Virus record (IMG/VR): IMGVR_UViG_3300014059_000011
Coordinates: 3,004-67,003 of that record
Source of the DNA: a virus
Taxonomy: Duplodnaviria; Caudoviricetes
Length of the DNA: 64,000 nucleotides
Direction: 5' to 3' (one strand)
A program made the translations under genes and the position numbers. Positions 7,380 through 16,368 of this stretch are shown piece by piece. The number at the start of each line of letters is the position of its first letter. Position 1 is the first letter of the stretch. The notes beneath the pieces were generated by a model, which saw only the letters and a program-made list of their open reading frames with translations, had not been told where the DNA came from and made no database searches.

Positions 7380-7805
7380 TTAATCATCACAAATGTCGGG
7401 AGCATGATCATTGAACCACTGCTGCAAACCATCAAACGTTGGATCATTCTCCAACGCATCAGCAATCTGAGCAAACGAATACCCTTGATCATTTTTCATA
7501 CCAAGAATATACGAGATGCTGTATGGAGTAGTGCTTTCGATGTTAGCATCAAGAATGACACCATCCTCCTTAAGCTTCTTTGCAACAACAGGAGAGACAT
7601 CGGTGGTGGCAGTATCACCATTCTCGCACATATCAAGAAGCCATGCAGGATCAAACAGTGAACAGGCAACACCAAGACAACAATAAGCAGTTCTATCAAT
7701 AGGGTTATCATCTTCATCAAATACCCAATCAACCATCAGATGCTCTGATGTCTGATTGTAATCACCACTGCGAAGTGCGTCAATCCACGTCTGAAGATTA
7801 CTCAT
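7380..7805 (-). CDS. Hypothetical phage protein
   Basis: MSNLQTWIDALRSGDYNQ...YCCLGVAC...ND.GYSFAQIADALE. Confidence 0.75.
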   Translation of the reverse strand: MSNLQTWIDALRSGDYNQTSEHLMVDWVFDEDDNPIDRTAYCCLGVACSLFDPAWLLDMCENGDTATTDVSPVVAKKLKEDGVILDANIESTTPYSISYILGMKNDQGYSFAQIADALENDPTFDGLQQWFNDHAPDICDD

Positions 7806-8085
7806 GTTCTTTTCCCTCCTTGATAAGCTTCTCATGCTTATCAATATTTGCATCGACTTGATAGAACGTAGTTCCACTCGGGTTAGCAAAGTATTCCTTC
7901 ACAACCCCGATGTTTTCTTTGCCTTCACCATACTCAAAGACTCTGGTGTACCAGTTGCTGAATGCAACACCAGTTTCTCGTTCCATGATCTTTTTCGCAC
8001 GCCTAGCGGCTTCCTCAACGGTAGCCGCCTCTGTGATTTCGATAGGCATTCGGAACTCTACAACAAAATACTTTTTACTTGCCAT
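7798..8085 (-). CDS. Hypothetical protein
   Basis: Start reassigned to MASKKYF, coupled to the upstream stop. Confidence 0.65.
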   Translation of the reverse strand: MASKKYFVVEFRMPIEITEAATVEEAARRAKKIMERETGVAFSNWYTRVFEYGEGKENIGVVKEYFANPSGTTFYQVDANIDKHEKLIKEGKEHE

Positions 8086-8213
8086 TACACTCCATGAACT
8101 AAGACCCATACGATGATGGGAATCCAAATCATCCCGCAAGTCGCTACCGTCAACAATGCAAGAATAGCAACGACAATCAGAATCACAAGCAGAATACGAA
8201 GAACATCAAACAT
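8085..8213 (-). CDS. Small membrane protein
   Basis: MFDVLRILLVILIVVAILALLTVATCGMIWIPIIVWVLVHGV; overlaps the end of the GHKL gene. Confidence 0.55.
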   Translation of the reverse strand: MFDVLRILLVILIVVAILALLTVATCGMIWIPIIVWVLVHGV

Positions 8214-9555
8214 TCTGCATCGACTGCAACTGAAGAAGGAGCTTACCGATACGACGATCTGCAACTCTACGGAACTGCCTATCTTCGTCGGTGAGTCCAG
8301 TCTCAATGTGATCCACTTCATGAACAATTGTACCAACAAGAGTCACAGGATCATACAGAATGCTGTAGTTGAGATAAACGCTTCGCTCCCTGACGTTTGC
8401 GACACCATCAATACCGTTCTGCTCAGCAGAAGGATTGAAGAAACGCCATTCATCAACCTGATCAATGTTGACAGCAGCAGCAGCAACCTTCAAGGCATTA
8501 TTAAAGACACCTTGATCACCGCTGGAAAGATCAACAAACTGATACTCAGCTTCATCACCAAGCAACTGCAATGCTGTCTTGACAAGACCGCTGCTAGTCA
8601 CAGCATGAACAATGATTGAAGAACCAACCTGCACAGGCTTCTTGTTGTGAAGCCTAATAAGAGGCTCAAGAGCAACGCTGCCAGAATCAAGAGGAATGGC
8701 ATCAGGACCATACTTCTCAATCCATACATTCGCCCACTGCTCATTGTAGGTCGTATACGTGTAGTAATACGAAGGCATGGTGAATTCCATATGCGATTCG
8801 TTCATGGCATCAATATACTTGCCAATCAGAATCTTGTCATCAATGGCAGCAAGAATGTTATCAACCTTACCCCAAATCGAAGACTCATTACGAACACGAC
8901 GCTCTTCGTTCAAAACGACATCATTGAGTTCGTAATCAAACAAAGCGGGAGCGGTTTCGTCATCCCACTCATGAACAAGAACACCCTTGTAGTAAAAACG
9001 ACCAGTCGCATCATAAGGCTCAAGAATTCTGCCAATTCTGGTCCTGAACTTTACCTTACGATCAAAGATGAAATACTTCTCAATCTCATCAATGATAGCG
9101 AGCACTTCAGGAGACTGCGAAATGTAAACAGCGAACACACCAGGCTCATGCACAATCTCATCAACAAGATCAATGCTGAACTCTGCACCAAACTCGGTGT
9201 GAGCGTCGAGAGCGTTAGAGAACGCCTCTCGGAAAATCTGAAACTCGTCGTCCCACGAAAGAACACCGGCGTCGATAGTGAAAGAAGATTCACGCACATC
9301 ATCGCCATAATCAAAGCCGATGACCTGCAAGCCATCCTGCTCTACAACAACATACTCCATCTGATAATCACCACGATCATCAGAGCCAACATTTACCCAA
9401 CGCCAACCACGACGCAAAGCGGCAATCGGAGCGAACTTTGAACCGCTGCCAAATTGACCAATCGTATTCTCATCATCACGCTTGGTAGAAACGCCCAACT
9501 TCTCAAGGAAAAGACGATTCACATTCTCAGTCTTGTTGCTGATCCTAATGAACAT
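8206..9555 (-). CDS. GHKL-type ATPase (permuted motif order) with C-terminal HExxH domain
   Basis: STK...IGQFGSGSK near the N-terminus; FREAFSNALDA at ~aa 108-118; IVHEVDH near the C-terminus. Confidence 0.75.
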   Translation of the reverse strand: MFIRISNKTENVNRLFLEKLGVSTKRDDENTIGQFGSGSKFAPIAALRRGWRWVNVGSDDRGDYQMEYVVVEQDGLQVIGFDYGDDVRESSFTIDAGVLSWDDEFQIFREAFSNALDAHTEFGAEFSIDLVDEIVHEPGVFAVYISQSPEVLAIIDEIEKYFIFDRKVKFRTRIGRILEPYDATGRFYYKGVLVHEWDDETAPALFDYELNDVVLNEERRVRNESSIWGKVDNILAAIDDKILIGKYIDAMNESHMEFTMPSYYYTYTTYNEQWANVWIEKYGPDAIPLDSGSVALEPLIRLHNKKPVQVGSSIIVHAVTSSGLVKTALQLLGDEAEYQFVDLSSGDQGVFNNALKVAAAAVNIDQVDEWRFFNPSAEQNGIDGVANVRERSVYLNYSILYDPVTLVGTIVHEVDHIETGLTDEDRQFRRVADRRIGKLLLQLQSMQNV

Positions 9556-9603
9556 AACTTTCTCACATCGCTTTCTCAGATTAGCGTGGCCCCAACGAGA
9601 ACC

Positions 9604-9632
9604 ATGTTAGCAGGGATCGGGGTGCGGCGCAA
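9604..9632 (-). promoter_or_regulatory. Sigma70-type promoter for the GHKL/small-gene operon
   Basis: TTGCGC-17 nt-TAACAT with an extended TGn. Confidence 0.6.
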
Positions 9633-9710
9633 ATCCGTTGGTTTGTTTTCCGGCTCTGTTTTCCGGACCATCGGTGCGGGAATAAAAGTACCTGGCAAAT
9701 TGCGGCACCC

Positions 9711-9724
9711 TAATTTGACATCAA
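9711..9724. promoter_or_regulatory. Candidate palindromic operator, copy 1
   Basis: TAATTTGACATCAA; intergenic; matches sites at 56135 and 59659. Confidence 0.4.
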
Positions 9725-9747
9725 CCTTGATGGAATTTGAATGTGTC

Positions 9748-10005
9748 CTAGAAAACAAAACTATCCGTCGTTACAGAAATCATTGCTGTTAATCCAAATG
9801 GATATGTCCAACCAGAAACCCTACGCAATTTAAATTGAATGTTGTTATTCGTATAGAAAACATCTTCAACAACATGAAGTCCCTTAACGTAATAGATCAT
9901 CTCGCCAATTCGAATATTTTGTGCTTCCTTCCACCACAGGTCATGAACAATATTCTTATCATCTATGAACTGATCAAAAAAATCTCCTTGACCGCTAGAA
10001 GACAT
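9748..10005 (-). CDS. Tandem paralog 4 (small beta-barrel-like)
   Basis: WWKEAQNIRIGEMI...DSFVF. Confidence 0.7.
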   Translation of the reverse strand: MSSSGQGDFFDQFIDDKNIVHDLWWKEAQNIRIGEMIYYVKGLHVVEDVFYTNNNIQFKLRRVSGWTYPFGLTAMISVTTDSFVF

Positions 10006-10237
10006 ACGAACCTACCTCAACATGAACCATAATATGACCATAAAGCCAATCTTTCCGTGCACCAAGATCATATTCGATGCTCAATCTTGAGCATCCAGTA
10101 TCTCCACAGATACACTTATCAACACTGAAGACGGTTTTATAACTGTCATGAGCAGCGTCGTAAACCCTTTCGCCCTTCACTAGACAACCAGCAGGCTTCA
10201 GCCAGCATTCTATGCGTGGGTGTTTATTCGAAGACAT
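9995..10237 (-). CDS. Tandem paralog 3
   Basis: WLKPAGCLVKGERV...CICGDTGC...GSYVF. Confidence 0.7.
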   Translation of the reverse strand: MSSNKHPRIECWLKPAGCLVKGERVYDAAHDSYKTVFSVDKCICGDTGCSRLSIEYDLGARKDWLYGHIMVHVEVGSYVF

Positions 10238-10466
10238 ATGACTCAACCCTTACCGGCACATTTAGCCAGCTAGGATACCAAATCTCTGATCCTGACTTCA
10301 TTGTGACAATCACTGATTTACATGCATTTCTTCCACAAGGACAATCTCTGACGGAATCGACACGACCATCTTCGTCGGGACCAAGATAGTCATCATCATC
10401 AATTACATCGCCACCCTTAATATCCTCGAACCGCTTTATCCAAACCTCATTATCATTAGAAGACAT
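10224..10466 (-). CDS. Tandem paralog 2
   Basis: WIKRFEDIKGGDVI...CPCGRNAC...ESYVFE. Confidence 0.7.
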   Translation of the reverse strand: MSSNDNEVWIKRFEDIKGGDVIDDDDYLGPDEDGRVDSVRDCPCGRNACKSVIVTMKSGSEIWYPSWLNVPVRVESYVFE

Positions 10467-10686
10467 AAGAATCAACCCTTACCTTGAACCAGAACTCTGG
10501 AACAGCAAGAATACCATCATCCCTTATCCAGCCATTAGGGTCAGGGGTGAGCCATATTGATCTGGTGCCGTTACCGAGTGGCGTATTGTGCGTGATAAAG
10601 CGCCAATCCTTACCGTGCAGTATACACTCACCGGGCCGCAAGTCTGAGGCTCTCTTAGGCCAATATTCTACCTGTTGCCCTTCCAT
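10456..10686 (-). CDS. Tandem paralog 1
   Basis: WPKRASDLRPGECI...DSYVF. Confidence 0.7.
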   Translation of the reverse strand: MEGQQVEYWPKRASDLRPGECILHGKDWRFITHNTPLGNGTRSIWLTPDPNGWIRDDGILAVPEFWFKVRVDSYVF

Positions 10687-10748
10687 GCTCGTCCTTTTCC
10701 ACAAAGAAATTCGGCATCATAACATTCATCATTTTCTATAAATGGACA

Positions 10749-10874
10749 TTATGAGGCCGAACTCTCATTCTTCTGATCTGTGCATTTCTCACATAGTCTG
10801 GTCTTCTTGAACAGCATTTTGACATGACCACATTCGCAACATGCACCAATCTTCAGATGCTTGTTACTTTCCAA
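10749..10874 (-). CDS. Possible small zinc-finger protein
   Basis: Manual translation from TTG: LESNKHLKIGACCECGHVKMLFKKTRLCEKCTD...; fills the gap between genes. Confidence 0.4.
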   Translation of the reverse strand: MESNKHLKIGACCECGHVKMLFKKTRLCEKCTDQKNESSAS

Positions 10875-11307
10875 TTGGAGTCAACCCATACTTTACCTCA
10901 TACCTCTTTCTATTTGCGTACCACTCATCAAAGGTTGAGTTGCAAAAACAATTAGCAGCCTTGCAAACACCCACGCCCTTTACAGAAATTAGAGCATCAT
11001 AACTATCACGATAAGGAGCCTTTTCGGCAGCAACCTTCTTTGCGTGCTCACGCTCATGATCTGCCTGAGCAACTTCGGCAGCAACTCTCTTCTGAATATC
11101 CTTTACAAGCTTTTCAACTGCCCGACCATAGGCAATGCAGTATCCTAGCATAGGATCATTCTTATCATCAGGATGCTTACGGGCGGTGCCAACGTAATCA
11201 TCTACTGGGCCAAGGCTATCGATCAACTCAACACGAACAACAGTAGTGCCATTGTCGTGAATATGATCAACAACAACAATTTCTTCATAAGTAAGATTGT
11301 AATCCAT
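10864..11307 (-). CDS. Hypothetical phage protein (GxA.xHPxD...GxxIAxxRA family)
   Basis: VGTARKHPDDKNDPMLGYCIAYGRA; start reassigned to MDYNLTY. Confidence 0.7.
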   Translation of the reverse strand: MDYNLTYEEIVVVDHIHDNGTTVVRVELIDSLGPVDDYVGTARKHPDDKNDPMLGYCIAYGRAVEKLVKDIQKRVAAEVAQADHEREHAKKVAAEKAPYRDSYDALISVKGVGVCKAANCFCNSTFDEWYANRKRYEVKYGLTPIGK

Positions 11308-11341
11308 TTTTATCTCTTCTTTCTTGTCTATAAATAACGCA

Positions 11342-11379
11342 ATGGCACAGGCGTACCGTTTACGGTACGCCTGTGCCAT
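11342..11379 (-). terminator. Perfect 17-bp hairpin, probable terminator
   Basis: ATGGCACAGGCGTACCG-TTTA-CGGTACGCCTGTGCCAT, just after the stop at 11386. Confidence 0.7.
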
Positions 11380-11385
11380 CACAAC

Positions 11386-11763
11386 TTACTTAGCAGTCTT
11401 GGCCGATGCCTTAGTTGCAGGCTTTTCGGCAGCAGTCTCGGCAGGCTTCTCAGCATCCTCAGCGAAAGAATCCTTGAACTCTCTGTCAATGAAGTACAGA
11501 TCGAAAACAGGGACAGTTTCACCGTCAACTTCTGACTCACCGGTCTGAGTAGAATGAATACTCACCTTCAGACCAATGCTCTGGCCCGCAGTACGAATTC
11601 TCTGCTGCAAAGCATTGAACTCATCCTTGCCGGTAATGCCAGGAATGCGAGAAGGCTTTCCTGTGCGAAGTGCGTTCTGAATTGCTAGACGCTCTTCTGA
11701 GACACGACCAGAGTTACGAGTAACCGCAGGAAGTCGATCAGCTTCTTCGATAATAAGAGCCAT
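11386..11763 (-). CDS. Hypothetical protein with an Ala/Lys-rich tail
   Basis: Start MALIIEE after GGAG; ends AEKPAETAAEKPATKASAKTAK. Confidence 0.7.
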   Translation of the reverse strand: MALIIEEADRLPAVTRNSGRVSEERLAIQNALRTGKPSRIPGITGKDEFNALQQRIRTAGQSIGLKVSIHSTQTGESEVDGETVPVFDLYFIDREFKDSFAEDAEKPAETAAEKPATKASAKTAK

Positions 11764-11887
11764 TTGTTTTATCTCCAATTTCTGTTTGTGTTTTGTGAGG
11801 CAGCGATCCTGCCCCATCCCGACACCTTCAGCATACCAGGTCGAGCGGTCAGTCCCGACGGCGAGGGGCGGAAATTTTGGAATTTTC

Positions 11888-12076
11888 CTAGTCACCCATG
11901 GTTTCAGGAATTGATTCCTCGACCGTATCGGCCAATTCTTGGAGGGCATCCTGTGCTGCCCTAAGTGCTCTCGTCATTGCCTTAATAGTAGCCCTCAGCA
12001 TAATGATTTCTTCTGAAAGCTTTTCCATATGCGCTTTGTATTCACTTATCACATCGTCATAAGTTGGATTAACCAT
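11888..12076 (-). CDS. Small coiled-coil protein
   Basis: Heptad-like pattern; RBS AGAAAGAG. Confidence 0.6.
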   Translation of the reverse strand: MVNPTYDDVISEYKAHMEKLSEEIIMLRATIKAMTRALRAAQDALQELADTVEESIPETMGD

Positions 12077-12090
12077 ATTATCTCTTTCTT

Positions 12091-13863
12091 TTAAATAAGC
12101 TCTAGCCAGTCAGCTAGATCATCAGGAATTGGGTCAGCCTTCTTTGGCATGATACTGCTAATGATGATATCATCGTTGCCCATATCATCATAATACTCTT
12201 CGTCCCCGCCGATAATCTCAATGTCAACATCGGTATCAAGGATCAGATTATCCATGCACATATAGGTAGCGCCAGCAATTGAGTCTGCAAGGTCCTTTGA
12301 TCCCTTAGTAGGGTGATCAACCTTTGTATTGTTGATAAGTCGAAGCTTCAAAAGCTCATCTTCAACAAGAAGCTCATTCCAATAACCACGAAATCTCTCA
12401 TCGTAAATAGCTGTCGAAAGAGTATCGTAGTCTCGCTTCGCAACAGTATGCAAATCGGCATTGATATTCATCGAACGCAAACTCTGAATCATATCAGCAG
12501 ACTGCCACTGGTCGAATGTAACCATGGCAACATCGAACATACGACATAGCTGAACGATAAGTTCGCGAATCTCCGACAGAGGAATTTCTTCATATGGGTT
12601 GGCCTGCCATGATTTGATGAAATCCATATTGATAATCGGAAGCTTCTCGACCCCCGTCAATGTCTTGATTTCTTTAAGTCCAGAACAATGAACAACACCA
12701 ACAGAAGCACGGTCACGCTTTAGACCAAGGTCTGTATGAATGAATCTAATGTGTCCATCTTTCCCGCCAACAAACCACTCCTTAAAAGTACCATCCTCAT
12801 TCAAAGGATCTTCCAATGAATTAAACGCCTTACGAACCGCAACAGGATTACGGAAGTACGCATCCTCCATCTCGGGAGGTTCGCACATAAATCTGGCACG
12901 ACTTTGAATTGGATCACGACGAAACTCTTGGGCAAACTGTTCCTCAGTCTTGGTTGGGTTTACCTCCCAAGTTGAAGCCTTAAGTGCCCACGTCATCAAC
13001 TCGGCATCTCTACCAGAATTTCCCTCTGCTGCCGGGCCAGGAGTCTCGCCAGAATTAATGATGTCATTAATAACAGAATTGTATCTCTGCTGGATGAAGT
13101 CATCCTTGAATCTCGGGAACGACAAAAGACTTACCTTGCCCCACTCAGGAAAACGAGAGGTAACAGAAGCCTTCGCCATGTTGTAAATCTGAGAAGCAGA
13201 ACCCTTGTTTCTTACATCTCCCTTAAGCTCACTGTCTGTCTTGAAAGCAGAAATCTCGTCAAGAACAACCAGAAGGGTTTCATAACCCTCCCAACCTTCA
13301 GCCTCAGAGTGACCAGAGAACATTCGGACAGGCTTATTGAAGAAGAAAATCTCAGAGACTCTAGGCTCAAACATAGCAGTCTCTTGAAAGTAAGGTGAAT
13401 TCATAAGCAGGTTCTTCAATGGGTCGAAGAACACCTGCTGTGCCTGCTTGGCGTTTACAGCCATGTTTACAAGGTCAATATACGTTCCGTGAGCCTTGTG
13501 GTAATACTCAATCGGATCACGCAAGCAATGCAGAAGATAAGCTGCATATGCCAATGAAATACGAGAGGTGTGATCCTTTCCAGAACCCTTTCCCAATTGG
13601 CAAACAATCTCTGTCTTTGTGTACTTGTCGTAGTACGCTTGCCCCTCTTCCTCACCAAACATTTCCTGCAAGGTCTTCAGCTTCAGAATCTGTGTTGAAT
13701 ACTTTACAATCTCAGTTTGAATCTTGGATAGCGGAGGCTGCCCAAGATAATGGCTATCCTCAACAAACTGATCAACAGATACAGGAATTGTTGTTAGATC
13801 ATCCTTTGTAAGCAGAGCGTCAAAATCATCAAATGAAAGATTGGTACCAAAATAGTCACTCAT
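12091..13863 (-). CDS. terL: Terminase large subunit
   Basis: QLGKGSGKD (Walker A), VVLDE (Walker B), C-terminal RNase H fold (HTDLG, VTFDQW, KDLADS). Confidence 0.92.
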   Translation of the reverse strand: MSDYFGTNLSFDDFDALLTKDDLTTIPVSVDQFVEDSHYLGQPPLSKIQTEIVKYSTQILKLKTLQEMFGEEEGQAYYDKYTKTEIVCQLGKGSGKDHTSRISLAYAAYLLHCLRDPIEYYHKAHGTYIDLVNMAVNAKQAQQVFFDPLKNLLMNSPYFQETAMFEPRVSEIFFFNKPVRMFSGHSEAEGWEGYETLLVVLDEISAFKTDSELKGDVRNKGSASQIYNMAKASVTSRFPEWGKVSLLSFPRFKDDFIQQRYNSVINDIINSGETPGPAAEGNSGRDAELMTWALKASTWEVNPTKTEEQFAQEFRRDPIQSRARFMCEPPEMEDAYFRNPVAVRKAFNSLEDPLNEDGTFKEWFVGGKDGHIRFIHTDLGLKRDRASVGVVHCSGLKEIKTLTGVEKLPIINMDFIKSWQANPYEEIPLSEIRELIVQLCRMFDVAMVTFDQWQSADMIQSLRSMNINADLHTVAKRDYDTLSTAIYDERFRGYWNELLVEDELLKLRLINNTKVDHPTKGSKDLADSIAGATYMCMDNLILDTDVDIEIIGGDEEYYDDMGNDDIIISSIMPKKADPIPDDLADWLELI

Positions 13864-14099
13864 TGTGTAAGCCTCCCAGCAACATACCTGAGAGGGTCAT
13901 ATTTGTGATACCTCTGAGGGATCATAAGATGCGTATAGAGAATCGTGGCCGTAGCAATAGTAGGCCACCTTTGGATGGGGTGATTAATTGCTCTTGAAAA
14001 AGCACTCGAAAGTGTTTCATGATGTGTCTTGATAGCCCACGCATCATAGGCTACAACATAAGACGCCAATACTACCCAACCCCACCCCGCACCTTTCAT
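13860..14099 (-). CDS. Small membrane-associated hypothetical protein
   Basis: Two hydrophobic segments. Confidence 0.65.
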   Translation of the reverse strand: MKGAGWGWVVLASYVVAYDAWAIKTHHETLSSAFSRAINHPIQRWPTIATATILYTHLMIPQRYHKYDPLRYVAGRLTQ

Positions 14100-14710
14100 T
14101 CAGCCACAACCTCGGCATCCTCAAAGTTAAGATGATCTGCCGCATCCTCGGCAGAAGAGAATCCTTCGCCGCTTTCCTCCATCATAGCGAAAGCTTCCTT
14201 GAGCATTCCTCTAGCCTTAGTTCTGCAAGATTCACACTCAGAAATAACATCACGGATGATCTTTGAAAGCAAAAGGTTTACATTTTCAGCCTTCTGCATT
14301 CTAGCAATGTATTCACCATCAGAATTTGTACCACCCATAAGCTGATGAAGATTGGCCTTCTTCACACCAACATCTAGAGCTAGCTTCAATGCCTGAATTC
14401 TTGATCCAACCATCCCCGCCTCGGTTGCAATCTCAACAGTCTCCCAAGCCTCTTTAGAGATTTCATTCATCTCATCCAAAGCTTTCAGTGTGTTGAACTG
14501 AATTTCCTCAAGGAAATAAGGGTTGTCTTCACCAACCTGCTTTACGATATCAAGATACTCTTGAACATATGCCTTGGCTGTACGTGTGTCAATTTGCAAC
14601 ACTTCACCAATATCAACGTTTGTGTATCCTTTGATATGAAGCTTACCGGCCTCTTGAATGGCCTTGAACTTATCATATGTCGTTGGTGCTGCCACTTCAA
14701 TAGATGTCAT
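14096..14710 (-). CDS. HTH protein, possible terminase small subunit
   Basis: GYTNVDIGEVLQIDTRTAKAY HTH, helical body, close to terL. Confidence 0.5.
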   Translation of the reverse strand: MTSIEVAAPTTYDKFKAIQEAGKLHIKGYTNVDIGEVLQIDTRTAKAYVQEYLDIVKQVGEDNPYFLEEIQFNTLKALDEMNEISKEAWETVEIATEAGMVGSRIQALKLALDVGVKKANLHQLMGGTNSDGEYIARMQKAENVNLLLSKIIRDVISECESCRTKARGMLKEAFAMMEESGEGFSSAEDAADHLNFEDAEVVAE

Positions 14711-14719
14711 GTGTCTTCA

Positions 14720-15136
14720 TTATACCTTGTTTTTCTTGAGTTCCACCGTCTGAATCTCTTTTCCGTCAGAAGTGTGCCCAATTAGTTCGATTTCTACTTC
14801 TTTTTCGTCAGAAGTCATGATTTCGCTCATTAGGTTGCTCTCAAAATCGCTTTTTATACGCTTAACTCTTTTCAAAAACTTCGCTCTTGCCTCATTAGGC
14901 TCACCGTCAAACTCTTCGACAAGCTTAGCGGTCATCGCTCTAATCTCAGCAATCAGAATAACAGCTATCTTCTGCAACTGTTCATCCGGCACTTGACCCA
15001 TCATATATTTTGACAGCACCGATTTAACATTCTTGTAGCTTCCAAACTTCCCCAACTCATGCTCCATGAGCTTTAAGAACTCTTTAGGCTCTACTGCTTC
15101 TGTGTACTCTTCTTTTTCTATGTTCTTTTCTGCCAT
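14720..15136 (-). CDS. Hypothetical protein
   Basis: 138-aa helical ORF. Confidence 0.65.
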   Translation of the reverse strand: MAEKNIEKEEYTEAVEPKEFLKLMEHELGKFGSYKNVKSVLSKYMMGQVPDEQLQKIAVILIAEIRAMTAKLVEEFDGEPNEARAKFLKRVKRIKSDFESNLMSEIMTSDEKEVEIELIGHTSDGKEIQTVELKKNKV

Positions 15137-15137
15137 A

Positions 15138-15473
15138 TCAGTTTACGCTACAAAAGTAATGCAGTGCTCGATAGATCCATCCACGATCCTCAATCGTCAG
15201 ATCAACAAGCCTTTTATACTTGCAATCTTCACTACTCCACATTTTAAATTTGAAGCTGACTCCTTTTTCTTCTTCTGTTATCTCTGGTTTAACCCATCCC
15301 GTATGCAGCACCTTATCAACAGGAACAAGATAGTACGACTCATTATCCAAAACAATCTTCTGCAAAAAATTATTCGCAAACTCCAACATCTTATTGTAGA
15401 GGAACGGTGACTTCACCCACAGGTCCTGAAGATACTTATCATTGTTCGGTGGGTATGATAAATCTGCTATCAT
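15138..15473 (-). CDS. Hypothetical protein
   Basis: 111-aa ORF, coupled overlap. Confidence 0.6.
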   Translation of the reverse strand: MIADLSYPPNNDKYLQDLWVKSPFLYNKMLEFANNFLQKIVLDNESYYLVPVDKVLHTGWVKPEITEEEKGVSFKFKMWSSEDCKYKRLVDLTIEDRGWIYRALHYFCSVN

Positions 15474-15784
15474 CGTGTCTTCTTTCTCATTCTGTTGCGT
15501 CTCTTCATGGCTTCCATCTGAGCTTTTGCCTGCGTCATACCTGCACTCTTTGGCTTGCTCTTTTTGATCATTGGGTTACGAACCTGCGTATTCGCCCCCA
15601 TCTTTCTTCCCTTGCCACGAAACTTCAGAAGGTCAAACTTCTCAGCCCAATTGTACAGAGTCTGCGGTGTTGTCTTAATGTTATAATCTTTCTTCAGAAG
15701 CTCTGCAATATCCTTTAGGTTCATACGACGACGAACATAATGTTCAAGCATCCAGTTCTTATCTTTATATGGATAATATGTCAT
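15470..15784 (-). CDS. HTH DNA-binding protein
   Basis: MNLKDIAELL...TTPQTLYNWAEK, basic tail. Confidence 0.7.
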   Translation of the reverse strand: MTYYPYKDKNWMLEHYVRRRMNLKDIAELLKKDYNIKTTPQTLYNWAEKFDLLKFRGKGRKMGANTQVRNPMIKKSKPKSAGMTQAKAQMEAMKRRNRMRKKTR

Positions 15785-16368
15785 TTGATCACCTCATTTA
15801 TAGCCCAATATGAAATGGCTATCGCATCAAGAATATCATAATCTTCAATTTCCTGAGTCTCAGGAATTATATCAGCCAAAAGCTTCTTGACCCTTACTTT
15901 CCTTTCAAGGTTCATAAACTTCTTGGCTTCCTTTTCACCCATCTTTGCAATCAAGGATTTCTTCTCTGCTGGCATGATCCTCTTGTATCCAAGCCATGAC
16001 TTCCAAGTCATGGGCGGAACGTCGCTTACAGAGGCTCCTAGCGCCCTTGAAGCTTGCCATAGAGCACCTGTCAAATAGGCCAAAATGCGGGAAGTTTGAG
16101 GGTTCTGAATATAGATGCTCTGCTCTATCACAACATGATCAACGCCCTTCATCAACTCAAAGAACTTTTCCCATCCGACCATGATGACATTTTGCTTAGT
16201 CTCCATAACATTGGGCATGGGAAAGAGAAGCTTACCGGCATACAGCAGCTTCTCTTTCCCATTCTTTCTTTCCATCAAAGCAAAAGCCATAGAGTGAGAT
16301 GCCGGATCAACCGCCAAGACTCTTACATTCTTCTTTAGCTTTCCTTTGGCCGTAGCCACAAGGCTCAT
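15781..16368 (-). CDS. ruvC: RuvC-like Holliday junction resolvase
   Basis: VLAVDP, VVIEQ, DILDAIAI acidic triad. Confidence 0.8.
   Translation of the reverse strand: MSLVATAKGKLKKNVRVLAVDPASHSMAFALMERKNGKEKLLYAGKLLFPMPNVMETKQNVIMVGWEKFFELMKGVDHVVIEQSIYIQNPQTSRILAYLTGALWQASRALGASVSDVPPMTWKSWLGYKRIMPAEKKSLIAKMGEKEAKKFMNLERKVRVKKLLADIIPETQEIEDYDILDAIAISYWAINEVIK

Noticed and set aside
9748-10686. Paralog array as Hint/intein fragments
   Set aside because: The W..A.dL..GD-like motif resembles a Hint block, but there is no N-terminal Cys/Ser nucleophile or terminal HN, and the proteins are too short.
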